NCBI GenBank assembly: GCA_039208735.1
Contig: JBCCQY010000022.1
Location: forward strand, 13,546 to 77,545
Direction: 5' to 3'
DNA: 64,000 nt
Origin: Myxococcota bacterium
Lineage (GTDB): Bacteria > Myxococcota_A > UBA796 > GCA-2862545
The position numbers and the translations under genes were made by a program. The notes below the pieces were generated by a model. That model did not search any database, was not told the origin of the DNA, and saw only the letters and a list, made by a program, of their open reading frames with translations. Below are positions 38,444 through 48,416 of this stretch, piece by piece; position 1 is the first letter of the stretch, and every line of letters begins with the position of its first letter.

Positions 38444-39511
38444 ATGCGCATTCGATTGGACAAGATTGCTTCGAGCACCGTGCACCTCGGCCTTTCCCGC
38501 CAGGTGGTGGTCGCGCCCGAAGTCCAAGCCGAGGCAGGCGCCGTGGTCGCCGTGCGCCTCCTCGACGGCGGACTCGACACCACGATTGAAAACCCCCAAG
38601 GCCGCATGATGAAGTGCCGTGAGGGGGATGTGATCGCGGGGGTTCTCGGGCGTCGGGAGGCGTTGCGAGGCTTCTTCGGAGACATTCCTGCGTCGGTGGC
38701 CGCGGGCGACGTGTTGCACCTGCTCAATCGTGGGGGCGTCATTGGGTTATGCCCCGACGGCCATCCCGAGCTGGGAACGCCGCCCCGCGTGCAGGTCCTG
38801 GGCAGCGTGGTCCGATTTTCGGACCTCGAACGTCAACATGGCGAACCGGCCAACATCTTCCCCGGCCCGGTAGCCCTCGCCGATCCCGGCCAGAACCTTG
38901 GCGTACCCGTGGTATTCGTCGTGGGCACCACCATGCATGCGGGCAAGACGGCCGCGGCCTGTGCGATCGTCCGAGGCGCCACGGTTCGGGGCATGGCGGT
39001 CGTAGCGGCCAAAGTCACCGGCGTGGCGCTCCGTCGCGACACGCTCGAGATGCAGGACTACGGTGCGGTTTCGGCGGTTTCGTTTGCCGATGTGGGCTTT
39101 CCGTCCACGATCAACGTCGATGTGGTGCGTGGCGCGTGGGGCTGCCTTGTCGCGGCCGCGTCCCGTAAGCCCGACTTGCTCGTCGTGGAGCTTGGGGACG
39201 GGCTGATGGGACAGTACGGCGTTCGCGAGGTGCTTTCCTCGCCGGGCATCGCCAAGGTGACCCGCGCTGTGGTGCTCTCGGCCAACGATCCTGTGGGGGC
39301 GTGGGGCGGTCAGCAGATCCTTGCGGAGATTGGCCTGCCAACGACCGTGATCACCGGACCAGCGACCGACAACGACGCAGGATGCACCTCCATTGCTTCG
39401 CGCACCGCGGTACCGGCCATCAATGCGCGTCGACAGCGTGATGCGTTCGTGGAGACGGTCCTCGATGCGATCCACCGGCCTCAGCTCAAGGCCGCCGGAG
39501 ATGCGTCATGA
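38444..39511 (+). CDS. DUF1611/DgcN-like P-loop-fold protein; candidate alternative N-acylglutamate synthase
   Basis: GTTMHAGKT, AKVTG..LRRD, FAD.G.PST, VELGDG. Lies between argR and argC with an ATGA overlap to argC. Confidence 0.7.
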   Translation: MRIRLDKIASSTVHLGLSRQVVVAPEVQAEAGAVVAVRLLDGGLDTTIENPQGRMMKCREGDVIAGVLGRREALRGFFGDIPASVAAGDVLHLLNRGGVIGLCPDGHPELGTPPRVQVLGSVVRFSDLERQHGEPANIFPGPVALADPGQNLGVPVVFVVGTTMHAGKTAAACAIVRGATVRGMAVVAAKVTGVALRRDTLEMQDYGAVSAVSFADVGFPSTINVDVVRGAWGCLVAAASRKPDLLVVELGDGLMGQYGVREVLSSPGIAKVTRAVVLSANDPVGAWGGQQILAEIGLPTTVITGPATDNDAGCTSIASRTAVPAINARRQRDAFVETVLDAIHRPQLKAAGDAS

Positions 39512-40455
39512 ACGTTGGCGTGGTGGGGGTGTCGGGCTACGCCGGCTCCGAGCTGTGCCGTTGGCTCCTCGACCATCCCCAGTTCGAACTCGCGCTTGCC
39601 GTGGGGCGATCGTCAGCGGGTCAGCGCCTGGATGCGGTTCATCCAGGTCTGGCTGGACTCACCGAATTGACGGTGACGCCTTGGGAACCCGAGCGGTTGT
39701 CCAGCTGTGAGGTGGTGTGTCTCGCGGTTCCTCACGGACAGGCTCGCGGACTGGTCGAACAGATCCCGCACGGGGTTCGCATCCTCGACCTCTCCCGCGA
39801 CCACCGTCACGTCGAAGGGTGGCGGTACGGGCTGGTGGACTGGACCGATGCCGACTTCACCACCCTCGATCGCGTGGCCGTGCCCGGGTGCTTTGCGACG
39901 TGCATCGCACTCATGCTGGCCCCCTTTGCCGCTCAACACGCCATTCGCGGCCCGGTCGCGGTCTCGGGGTGCACCGGCTCGACGGGCGCGGGCGCATCCC
40001 CCGGGCGCGGGACCCATCATCCCGAGCGAGCCGTGAACCTGCGGGCCTACAAGATGCTCACCCACCAGCACACGCCCGAGATCGAGGCCACCCTCGCGGC
40101 GGTGGGGCAACCTGCAAATCTCCTGTTCGTTCCTTTGTCAGCCCCTCTCGACCGGGGCATCCTCGCCACCGCCTTCGTGCCCATCGACGCCGATCTCGAT
40201 CCACAGGCGGTCGTTCGAGAGGCCTACGCCCAAGCGCCTCTCGTGCGGCTCCGCACCGAGTCGCCCCACCTTCGCCACGTGCGCGGGACGGCCTTCGCCG
40301 ACCTTTGGGTGGGGGCACAACATGGACAGGCGGTGGTGATCGGAGCCATTGACAACCTTGGGAAGGGTGCGGCCACCCAAGCGGTGCAGTGCCTCAATCG
40401 AATGGCGGGACTCCCCGCCCATCTTGGGCTGCGCCGCGCGCCAGCTCTGCCCTGA
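39508..40455 (+). CDS. argC: N-acyl-gamma-glutamyl-phosphate reductase
   Basis: GVSGYAGSEL, LAVPHG, DLS.D.R, PGCFAT, HQHTPEI, IDNLGKGAA.QAVQ..N. Confidence 0.93.
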   Translation: MNVGVVGVSGYAGSELCRWLLDHPQFELALAVGRSSAGQRLDAVHPGLAGLTELTVTPWEPERLSSCEVVCLAVPHGQARGLVEQIPHGVRILDLSRDHRHVEGWRYGLVDWTDADFTTLDRVAVPGCFATCIALMLAPFAAQHAIRGPVAVSGCTGSTGAGASPGRGTHHPERAVNLRAYKMLTHQHTPEIEATLAAVGQPANLLFVPLSAPLDRGILATAFVPIDADLDPQAVVREAYAQAPLVRLRTESPHLRHVRGTAFADLWVGAQHGQAVVIGAIDNLGKGAATQAVQCLNRMAGLPAHLGLRRAPALP

Positions 40456-40474
40456 CCCTTTCGAGGACGACGAC

Positions 40475-41497
40475 ATGTCCCTCCGACACTTCATCGATGG
40501 CACCGAGCCAGGCCCCGCCGGCGTCGAAGCCATCGCCCGACGCGCCTTGGCGCTCTCTCGAGGGGCTCCGGCCCTGCGAATGTCTAAGCGACTCATCAGC
40601 GTGTTCATGAATGCAAGCCTGCGCACCCGATTGTCGCTGGATGCGGCGTGCCATGGACTCGGCATCCACCACCAAAGTGTGACGCCGGGCGCCAACGCCT
40701 GGGCCCTCGAGATGCGAGATGGCGCGGTGATGATGGATGGCGACAAGGCCGAGCACGTCGCCGATGCGGTTCGGGTGCTCGGCCAGTACGGCCATGCGCT
40801 GGCCGTGCGCGCGTTCGCGGGCCTCCAGAATCGTGACGAAGATCGTGCCGATCCCGTGATTTCCGCGTTCGTGAAGCATGCGCCGGGGCCCGTCGTGAAC
40901 CTGGAGTCAGCCCGCTACCACCCGTTGCAGGGGCTCGCTGATGCCGCGACGTGGTTCGACCATCTCGGACAGGTCCAAGGCCAGCGCATCGCCTTGGTCT
41001 GGGCCCCGCATCCTCGGGCGCTGCCCGCGGCGGTTCCGCAGCAGGTCCTGCTCACCGCGAGCCTCCTTGGAGCCCGCATCACGGTGGCGCACCCCGAAGG
41101 ATTCGATCTCGATCCCGAGATCGTGACCCGTGCTCAGGGTCTTGCCGCGGCCGGCGGGGGGGAGGTTCAGGTGACGACAGATCGCCGGGCGGCCATCGAG
41201 GGCACCCAGGTGATCGTAGCCAAGAGTTGGTCGGGATTCTCGGGCTACGGCCGGCGCGAAGACGAAGCCCGCCAACGGGAAACCCTGGGAGCCTGGCGCG
41301 TGGACCAGCCCGATTTCGCGCTGGCGTCGCCGGGAGCGGGCTTCATGCACTGTCTCCCGCTGCGCCGCAATGTGGTGGCCACCGATGCAGTTGTGGATGG
41401 GCCATCGTCATGGGTCGTGCAAACCGCTGGATTGCGCATGCACACCGCCATGGCTCTGCTGGAGCAGCTCTTGGGGGGTGATCCATGGACCGCGTGA
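40475..41497 (+). CDS. argF: N-acylornithine carbamoyltransferase (ArgF', AOTCase/SOTCase type)
   Basis: SLRT (not STRT), HPLQGLAD, W.PHP..LP.AV, AKSW, MHCLPLRRNV. Confidence 0.9.
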   Translation: MSLRHFIDGTEPGPAGVEAIARRALALSRGAPALRMSKRLISVFMNASLRTRLSLDAACHGLGIHHQSVTPGANAWALEMRDGAVMMDGDKAEHVADAVRVLGQYGHALAVRAFAGLQNRDEDRADPVISAFVKHAPGPVVNLESARYHPLQGLADAATWFDHLGQVQGQRIALVWAPHPRALPAAVPQQVLLTASLLGARITVAHPEGFDLDPEIVTRAQGLAAAGGGEVQVTTDRRAAIEGTQVIVAKSWSGFSGYGRREDEARQRETLGAWRVDQPDFALASPGAGFMHCLPLRRNVVATDAVVDGPSSWVVQTAGLRMHTAMALLEQLLGGDPWTA

Positions 41498-42390
41498 TCA
41501 CGCTGACCGACGCCGTACCCTACCTGCGTGCTTATGCAGGTCAGACCTTTGTCATCAAGGTGGGCGGCGCGATCGTGGCCGAAGAAGAGTGGCGCCGCGC
41601 CGTGGTGCACCAATGCGCCGTGCTCCATCGCGTGGGCATGGGCGTGGTGCTCGTGCACGGGGGCGGGCCGCAGCTCAAGGCCGTGGCCGCATCGCGGGGG
41701 ATCGCCGCCCCTCAGGTCGCTGGGCGCCGCATCACCTCCGATGCCTTGCTCGAGGTTGCGATCGAACAGTGGCGGGGCCGATTGTCGACCCAACTCGTGG
41801 ATGCCTTCCGCCAGGGTGGAGAAACCGCGGTGGGCCTCTGCGGGGCGGATGGCGATCTGGTGACTGCGGCCAGGCGCCCTCCCGTCTCAATCGTGGATGA
41901 TGCAGGTGCAACCAGACTCGTCGACTTTGGCCGGGTAGGAGATCTGCAGTCCGTCGACGTCACGTTGCTCCACGCGATCCTTGCGAACCGGATGATCCCT
42001 GTGGTGAGTCCACTCGCCGCAAGTTCCCAAGGTTTGCTGAACGTCAATGCCGACAGCATCGCCGCCGCATTGGCGATCGCCCTGCCCGCCGCCAAGTTGA
42101 TCCTCGTGGGGCAAACCCCCGGTATTCTCGAAAATCCCACCGATGAGACCTCCGCCCTACCCGTCGCTGACCTCGCGACACTCGATCGCCTCGAGAGCAA
42201 AGGCAGCGTACAGGGCGGCATGCGGCCCAAGGTGGAGGCCATTCGCACGGCCCTACGTGGAGGCGTACCTCGGGTACACCTCGTCGACGGCCGTGACGAA
42301 GACGGTCTACTCGCCGAGATCTTCACCCACGACGGGTCAGGGACGCTCGTCGTGGCCGAGGGCAAGGGTGAGGGGGTTGCTCCTGCTTAG
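41485..42390 (+). CDS. argB: N-acylglutamate kinase
   Basis: VIKVGG, VHGGGPQ, GRRIT, LNVNAD, GGMRPK, EIFT..G.GT. Confidence 0.93.
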   Translation: MDRVITLTDAVPYLRAYAGQTFVIKVGGAIVAEEEWRRAVVHQCAVLHRVGMGVVLVHGGGPQLKAVAASRGIAAPQVAGRRITSDALLEVAIEQWRGRLSTQLVDAFRQGGETAVGLCGADGDLVTAARRPPVSIVDDAGATRLVDFGRVGDLQSVDVTLLHAILANRMIPVVSPLAASSQGLLNVNADSIAAALAIALPAAKLILVGQTPGILENPTDETSALPVADLATLDRLESKGSVQGGMRPKVEAIRTALRGGVPRVHLVDGRDEDGLLAEIFTHDGSGTLVVAEGKGEGVAPA

Positions 42391-42731
42391 GTTTTCCGCT
42401 TCGCCCACCGGACCCGGAGTGCAAGCACACCCTTGTCCTTTTCGGCGTTGGCGTCCCACTCGGAGGACTCGCGGATGGTGGACGCGGCCTTTGCGGCGTC
42501 ATCCGCCTCGGGAACCACGTTCTGGAAGCCCTCCGCCTCGAGCAATGCATCGACGGACTCGTACTTACGTACGGTTCCAATCGAGATGCTGCCCAGGTCT
42601 TCGAACTCGATGCGGTCTCCCGAGGAGATCACCGAGAACTCCGGGCTCCACGGCACGACGAACACCGTCTTGACGCCACCCTCCATGTGGGCGAACGCAA
42701 GTGGATGTGTCGTCGCCTCGAACGTTGCCAT
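42387..42731 (-). CDS. ASCH/PUA-like domain protein
   Basis: I..GDRIEF, VRKYESVDALLEAEG and E...GVLAL pattern. Confidence 0.65.
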   Translation of the reverse strand: MATFEATTHPLAFAHMEGGVKTVFVVPWSPEFSVISSGDRIEFEDLGSISIGTVRKYESVDALLEAEGFQNVVPEADDAAKAASTIRESSEWDANAEKDKGVLALRVRWAKRKT

Positions 42732-42830
42732 GCCGAAACGCCTCCCTGTTCGGTCATTCGGTCTTGCGTGCTGGAGGGGTGACCGTAACACGAGGCCCCG
42801 CCCTACACGGTCGTTGCTTGCGGGTCGCAC

Positions 42831-43229
<399 letters not shown>

Positions 43230-43487
43230 TCAAGTGCAAGGCACACGATCGCATCGGCGATCGCCCCAGGGGCCTAATCGCACGGATCGCCGAGGGGCGA
43301 GTCCCTCGGCTGGCGCGTTTGCCGAGGCGCTCCGCAAGGGCCCAACGAAGGCCAAAGCGGATCGGAAGCCGGCGCAATTCAACTTCGGATAACCAAGTCA
43401 GATCCAACTCTATACGGCATCATTTCTAAGCGGTTGCTCTTGGGGAGCGGCGAGCTTAGCCTCCAATCGCCTTTGGAGGTACTTGCG

Positions 43488-44051
43488 ATGCAGAAAATGA
43501 CACTTGTGATGGGTCTGGTTGCGGCGTTGGCCACTGCTTGCGGTGAGCAGACGGCCACGACGCCCGAAGTCGATCCTGCGGCAGAAGCAGCGGCCGCCGA
43601 GGCCAAGGCGGCCGAGGAAGCGGCCGCGAAGGAAGCAGAGGCGGCTGCCGCCGCTGCGAAGGCCGCCGCAATGGGCATGTCAATCGCCGATCTCATGACG
43701 AACAAGGCCGACCAGCTAGGCAAGACGGTCACCGTCGCCGCGATGTACGCCTCGCATGAGATGAAGGACGAGATGGCGCACGTGACGCTCACTGCGTCCG
43801 TCGATGAGGGCGCGGCCACGATTCTGTGCGCGATGGCCGATGGTGCAGGACTCGAAGAAATGGAGGCCAACGCCGACATGCGCGTGACTGGCACCCTCGC
43901 CGAAGATGAGGGCGTGGTGATGCTTAAGGACTGCGCCAAGGCCGCGCCGGTCGAGGCCGAGGGTGGCGAAGCCCCGGCGGATGCTGCGGAAGGCGAAGCT
44001 GTGGAAGGCGCGGAAGCGCCCGCGGCCGAAGGCGACGACGCGCACGAGTGA
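43488..44051 (+). CDS. Lipoprotein with Ala/Glu/Lys linker and probable OB-fold domain
   Basis: GGAGG RBS, lipobox ATAC, GKTVTV...ILC...VTGT...LKDC. Confidence 0.65.
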   Translation: MQKMTLVMGLVAALATACGEQTATTPEVDPAAEAAAAEAKAAEEAAAKEAEAAAAAAKAAAMGMSIADLMTNKADQLGKTVTVAAMYASHEMKDEMAHVTLTASVDEGAATILCAMADGAGLEEMEANADMRVTGTLAEDEGVVMLKDCAKAAPVEAEGGEAPADAAEGEAVEGAEAPAAEGDDAHE

Positions 44052-44060
44052 GATCGTACA

Positions 44061-44086
44061 GCGCCCTGGCGGGAAGGCCGGGGCGC
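44061..44086. terminator. GC-rich hairpin between convergent genes
   Basis: GCGCCCTGGC-GGGAAG-GCCGGGGCGC, a 10-bp stem with one G-U pair and no U tract. Confidence 0.45.
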
Positions 44087-44117
44087 CGTCGACTCGCTGA
44101 GGTGGGCTCCCTTGGCG

Positions 44118-45380
44118 CTAGGCGCGCTTGAAGACGAGCACCGCGTTGATGCCCCCAAACCCAAAGCCGTTCGACATCACGACCTTGAGCGGAGCCTCAC
44201 GGGCGGTATTGGGCACGACATCCAAATCACACTCCGGATCGGGGGTGTGATGGTTCGCGGTTGGAGGCACCACGCCTCGATGCAGGGCGAGGCACGAGAA
44301 CACGGCCTCTACGCCTCCAGCCGCCCCGAGCATGTGGCCCGTCACACCCTTCGTCGAACTGACCATGAGGGTGTCGGCATGATCGCCGAACACTCGGCGA
44401 ATCGCCAACGTCTCATTGGCATCGTTCATCGGCGTCGAGGTGCCGTGCGCGTTCAAATAGTCGACGTCCTCGGCGTTAAGGCCCGCACTCGCCAGTGCGG
44501 CTCGCATGCACCGCTGGGCGCCTTCGTGTTCGGGTGCCGGGGCCGTGATGTGATGCGCGTCGGTGGTGACTGCGTAGCCTGCCACCTCGGCGTAGATGTG
44601 GGCGTCGCGTTTTTGGGCGTGTTCGAGCGACTCGAGCACCACCACGCCGGCTCCCTCGCCCATCACAAAGCCGTCCCGATCCTTGTCGAACGGGCGGCTT
44701 GCGGTCTTGGGATCGTCGTTGCGGCTCGACAGCGCCTTCATGTTCATGAAGCCCGTGATGCCGAGCGGCATGATTGCAGCTTCGGCGCCGCCTGCGACCA
44801 CCACGTCAGCTTCGCCATGACGGATCGCGCGGTAGGCCTCGCCGATGCTGTGGTTACCGACCGCACAGGCCGTCACCACGACAAGGCTTGGACCTTTCGC
44901 GCCGTACCGGATCGCGATCTGCCCCGTGGCCAGGTTGGCTAGGGCAACCGGAATGAAGAAGGGCGAAACGGCGCGGGGACCGCGTTCGTGAAGATCGATC
45001 GCCGCATCGACGATCTCGGGGAAGCCTCCGATCCCAGAGCCCACGAAGACGCCAAAGCGCTCGGCTTCGGGCCAGTGGCTTGGGGAACCTTCGAGCGCGC
45101 CATCAAGATCGAATCCGGCGTCGCGCATTGCCTCGTCGGCGGCCGCGATGCCGAACTGCATGAACCGACCGGTCCGGCGGGCAAGCTTCTTCCCCAGAAC
45201 ATCGCTGGGGTCGAACCCATCCACCTCACCGGCGATGCGGGTGCTGTAGCCCGTCGCGTCGAACCGCGTGAGCGGGCCGATGCCGCTCCGTCCTGCGAGG
45301 ACGGCCTCCATGGTGGTGGGCACGTCGAGACCTGCGGGGGTGATCGCCCCAAGCCCCGTGACGACGACACGACGGGACAT
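44118..45380 (-). CDS. fabF: 3-oxoacyl-ACP synthase II
   Basis: [13 protein letters not shown] (Cys), [22 protein letters not shown]. Confidence 0.96.
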   Translation of the reverse strand: MSRRVVVTGLGAITPAGLDVPTTMEAVLAGRSGIGPLTRFDATGYSTRIAGEVDGFDPSDVLGKKLARRTGRFMQFGIAAADEAMRDAGFDLDGALEGSPSHWPEAERFGVFVGSGIGGFPEIVDAAIDLHERGPRAVSPFFIPVALANLATGQIAIRYGAKGPSLVVVTACAVGNHSIGEAYRAIRHGEADVVVAGGAEAAIMPLGITGFMNMKALSSRNDDPKTASRPFDKDRDGFVMGEGAGVVVLESLEHAQKRDAHIYAEVAGYAVTTDAHHITAPAPEHEGAQRCMRAALASAGLNAEDVDYLNAHGTSTPMNDANETLAIRRVFGDHADTLMVSSTKGVTGHMLGAAGGVEAVFSCLALHRGVVPPTANHHTPDPECDLDVVPNTAREAPLKVVMSNGFGFGGINAVLVFKRA

Positions 45381-45386
45381 GGTTCG

Positions 45387-45626
45387 CTACCCGTTCTTGG
45401 TGATGTAGTTGATCGCGTCCTGAACGGTGCGAATCTTCTCCGCTTCGTCGTCCGGGATTTCGATGTCGAACTCCTTCTCGATCGTCATGACGAGCTCAAC
45501 GATGTCCAGAGAATCAGCGTTGAGGTCATCAATGAAGGAAGCCGATGGTACAACCTCGGCTTTCTTCACACCGAGGCTCTCGGCGATGACGTCCTTGACC
45601 TTCTGGATTTGCTCCTCACTCGACAT
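45387..45626 (-). CDS. acpP: Acyl carrier protein
   Basis: [32 protein letters not shown]. Confidence 0.97.
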   Translation of the reverse strand: MSSEEQIQKVKDVIAESLGVKKAEVVPSASFIDDLNADSLDIVELVMTIEKEFDIEIPDDEAEKIRTVQDAINYITKNG

Positions 45627-45720
45627 CCTGGGCTCCTTTTGGGGCGGTTGCACCGCCCTCCCGGCCAATTTCGCCGGGTGGCGTGTTTAGCGTACAGACT
45701 CCGCCGCGCGGAATCCCTTG

Positions 45721-46674
45721 TCAAGTTCCCCGTCGACCGTCGACTGTGCGGCGAGCGAGATGAATGGCTTGTCGCACCGATTCGGGGTTTGCACGCCCGT
45801 GACCGACAACGACCGTACCTCGACAACCGAGCAGCACGCCTCCGCCTTGCGCTTCCCAGTCGACTTGGCGACGGAGCCGACGAGCGGCTGCTTTCAGCAA
45901 GAACGCACCAATGCGGGCGATCGGATCCCTTCGGATCTCATGCCGCAGAAGACGCCCAAGCAATTGAACTGTTCCTTCACCGGCTTTCAGCAGCACATTG
46001 CCGACAAAGCCATCGGTCACGAGTACGTCACAACGGCCTTCAAGGGCCGCGTGGGGTTCGACGAAGCCCACGTGGGGAATCCCCTGGGTATCGAGCAGCT
46101 CGACCGTTTCGCGAAGTTGCGCGTTCCCTTTGGTGGCTTCGGCGCCGTTGGCGAGCAGTCCCACTCGAGGATGGCGGACCCCGAGGGTGCGTGCGTACTG
46201 TGCGCCAAGGCGAGCAAACACCGCGAGGTGGGAGGCTCGCACGTCCACGTGGGCTCCCGTGTCGAGCAGGACCAATGGCAGGCCGTCAGCGCGGGGGAGC
46301 AACGTGGCGATCGGGGGTCGCCTCACCTCTTGTTGCAGACCCAGATCGAGCATCGCAGCCACGACAATCGCGCCCGTGTTGCCGCAAGACACAAAGGCGC
46401 TTGCGCGACCCTCGGCGACTTCGAGCAGTCCTCGTCGGATCGAGGTGTCGGGCGATCGACGCACGGCTCCGACCGCCGCTTCGTCCATCCCAATTTGGTC
46501 GGGAGCATCGAGCACGGGAAGGTGAGTTCGCAGCTGCTTCGTCGGGCCTACGAGGCGCACGAGTGCACCATCGGCGGCGGCCGCTTCCGCGCCGTCGATC
46601 ACGACGTCAGGGGCGTCGTCGCCGCCCATCGCGTCCACGGCGATGGGGAGCGGGCCCCCGGACGGGGTCCGCAA
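45721..46674 (-). CDS. plsX: Phosphate acyltransferase
   Basis: IAVDAMGGD.AP, SCGNTGA, LLDTGA, DGFVGNVLLK..EG, LLG...V..HG. Start is uncertain. Confidence 0.92.
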   Translation of the reverse strand: MRTPSGGPLPIAVDAMGGDDAPDVVIDGAEAAAADGALVRLVGPTKQLRTHLPVLDAPDQIGMDEAAVGAVRRSPDTSIRRGLLEVAEGRASAFVSCGNTGAIVVAAMLDLGLQQEVRRPPIATLLPRADGLPLVLLDTGAHVDVRASHLAVFARLGAQYARTLGVRHPRVGLLANGAEATKGNAQLRETVELLDTQGIPHVGFVEPHAALEGRCDVLVTDGFVGNVLLKAGEGTVQLLGRLLRHEIRRDPIARIGAFLLKAAARRLRRQVDWEAQGGGVLLGCRGTVVVGHGRANPESVRQAIHLARRTVDGRRGT

Positions 46675-46682
46675 GGCCGGGA

Positions 46683-46871
46683 CTACTCTGCGGTGCTGGT
46701 CGGCAGCACGTTGTGGGTGCGGTAGGTGCCGCACGCGTCGCAGGCCCGGTGGCGCAGCTTCAGCTCGCCACAAGCCGGGCAGGACTCGACCGCCGCCGTC
46801 ACCTTGAGCGCGTCGTGCGCTCGCCGCATGTCACGCCGCCGGCGCGACGTCCGCTTCTTAGGTACCGCCAT
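46683..46871 (-). CDS. rpmF: 50S ribosomal protein L32
   Basis: [19 protein letters not shown] and CxxC...HRACxxCG.Y. Confidence 0.97.
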   Translation of the reverse strand: MAVPKKRTSRRRRDMRRAHDALKVTAAVESCPACGELKLRHRACDACGTYRTHNVLPTSTAE

Positions 46872-46886
46872 GGTAGGAGAACTCCG

Positions 46887-47432
46887 TCAATTCGTTTTGT
46901 CTGACCCTGAAGGGTCGAAGTCAGCCAGCACGCCAAACGCGGGGTGCCCGACCCCGGCCGACTGGGCGGCCAGCAATGCTTGGGTGCGCTTATCGCATTC
47001 AACCGTGTCGGTGCACACGATTCGCGAGGGTTGCGCGAGCGTGAGCGCTTCGCGCAGGACGTCGGTAGCGACGATGTGTCCGTCTGTGTACCAGCCGACG
47101 TCGAGGTCATCGGCCTCAAGTTCGATCTCGCCGCCGTCGAACACGTCGCCCCCGGCTTCTTCGGGGGCGTAGAGCAGGCTCATCGTCTCTTCGAGGTGAA
47201 GCAAGCAGGGTTCCGAGCATCGGTCGCATTCTGCTGCCGAGTCAACCTTGAACGTCGTGTCGACGCGCACGAGTCCCTGTCGCTTGGACGCGATGGTGAG
47301 AAGCAGGTGGCCTTCGAGTGCATCGGGTCGTTGCTCGAGCGATTCGGAGGCTGCGTTTGCGGCCCAATCTTCGCGCAAGCTGAAGTCGACGCGTCTCCCC
47401 GCGGCGGGGATGCCCTCGACCGGGATCCTCAC
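46887..47432 (-). CDS. yceD: YceD/DUF177 family protein
   Basis: CDRC motif, E.L.LA.P...C; conserved position upstream of rpmF. Confidence 0.88.
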   Translation of the reverse strand: MRIPVEGIPAAGRRVDFSLREDWAANAASESLEQRPDALEGHLLLTIASKRQGLVRVDTTFKVDSAAECDRCSEPCLLHLEETMSLLYAPEEAGGDVFDGGEIELEADDLDVGWYTDGHIVATDVLREALTLAQPSRIVCTDTVECDKRTQALLAAQSAGVGHPAFGVLADFDPSGSDKTN

Positions 47433-47557
47433 AACGTCCTCCGTGGTCGCGCGGGGGCTTGGAGCGGCGAAAACACACGTTTCGCAAGTGGCCCGTGTCC
47501 AGCGCGAGCCTGCGTCCTATCGCCAGGCATCCCCGACGGCAAGTGCTCCGTTCGCGA

Positions 47558-47585
47558 TTGACGAGGGCGGTGATTCCTATATGCT
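47558..47585 (+). promoter_or_regulatory. Putative sigma70 promoter of a probably leaderless gene
   Basis: TTGACG-16 nt-TATGCT, then 6 nt to the ATG at 47592; no SD. Confidence 0.5.
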
Positions 47586-47591
47586 CCCCCC

Positions 47592-48059
47592 ATGACGGCA
47601 CTTCTCCTGTTGGCGTTCTCTTGCACCACCAACTCGTCTGGTCGTTCCGCCACGACCTACGTGGGGCAGTTGCAACCGCTGCTTCATGAGAACAGCTTGT
47701 TGGCTGAGCGGGTGTTGTTCCAGGCGGCAGACATCTACAACAACGCCGCCCGGCCTGACGACGTCGCCAACAAGTGGGAGACCGACATCACGCCGATCGC
47801 CGAGCACCTGCACTTCCAGGCCAAGCTCGTCGATGCTCCCGAAGAGTGGAGCGACCAGCACTCGGGGCTCGTCGAGATTTGGGGAGACCGCGCCCGGGCG
47901 TATCGTGACATCAGCGAAGGCCTACGGCTTGCCGACCGCGAGCGTTGGGACCGAGGCCGTTCCTCGGCCGAAAAGGTCAAGCTCGAAGAAGAAGCCTGGT
48001 TTGGCGAGATCAACGAGAAGTTGGGCTCAATGAATGTCAACCTCGAGCCCTACCCGTAG
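47592..48059 (+). CDS. Hypothetical helical lipoprotein
   Basis: MTALLLLAFSC lipobox-like start; GC-rich third codon positions. Confidence 0.7.
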   Translation: MTALLLLAFSCTTNSSGRSATTYVGQLQPLLHENSLLAERVLFQAADIYNNAARPDDVANKWETDITPIAEHLHFQAKLVDAPEEWSDQHSGLVEIWGDRARAYRDISEGLRLADRERWDRGRSSAEKVKLEEEAWFGEINEKLGSMNVNLEPYP

Positions 48060-48087
48060 GGACCGGTTCTGGCTGCCGCATCGCAGC

Positions 48088-48115
48088 TTGACGCCGGCTG
48101 CGACAGGGTTACTAC
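48088..48115 (+). promoter_or_regulatory. Putative promoter of the tRNA pair
   Basis: TTGACG-16 nt-TACTAC, 15 nt upstream of tRNA-Gln. Confidence 0.4.
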
Positions 48116-48130
48116 CAAAGGCGTCGTTGC

Positions 48131-48203
48131 TGACCCGTGGTCGAATTGGCAAGACGTCGGATTCTGGCTCCGAAGGCTCCAGGTTCGAGCCCTGGCGGGT
48201 CAA
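48131..48203 (+). tRNA. tRNA-Gln(CTG)
   Basis: Acceptor TGACCCG/CGGGTCA, anticodon arm TCGGA-TTCTGGC-TCCGA, T-loop GGTTCGAG; CCA not encoded. Confidence 0.95.
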
Positions 48204-48210
48204 CTCGAAC

Positions 48211-48282
48211 GCTCCCATCGTCTAGCGGTTAGGACACCGCCCTCTCACGGCGGAGACAGGGGTTCGATTCCCCTTGGGAGTA
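48211..48282 (+). tRNA. tRNA-Glu(CTC)
   Basis: Acceptor GCTCCCA/TGGGAGT, anticodon arm CCGCC-CTCTCAC-GGCGG, T-loop GGTTCGATTCC; CCA not encoded. Confidence 0.95.
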
Positions 48283-48294
48283 CTTCTTTTCGCT

Positions 48295-48322
48295 AAAAAC
48301 CCACCCCTAAGGTGGTTTTTTT
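48295..48322 (+). terminator. Intrinsic terminator after the tRNAs
   Basis: A5, then CCACC-CCTAA-GGTGG hairpin, then T7. Confidence 0.7.
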
Positions 48323-48416
48323 GCGTTCTGCCCACAATGACTTGTCCACACCGCAGATGTGCGTGGCAAGTTCGACGTGGGAAGCGTGCGGGTCCCCGCC
48401 GGTTCGCCGGTGCCTC

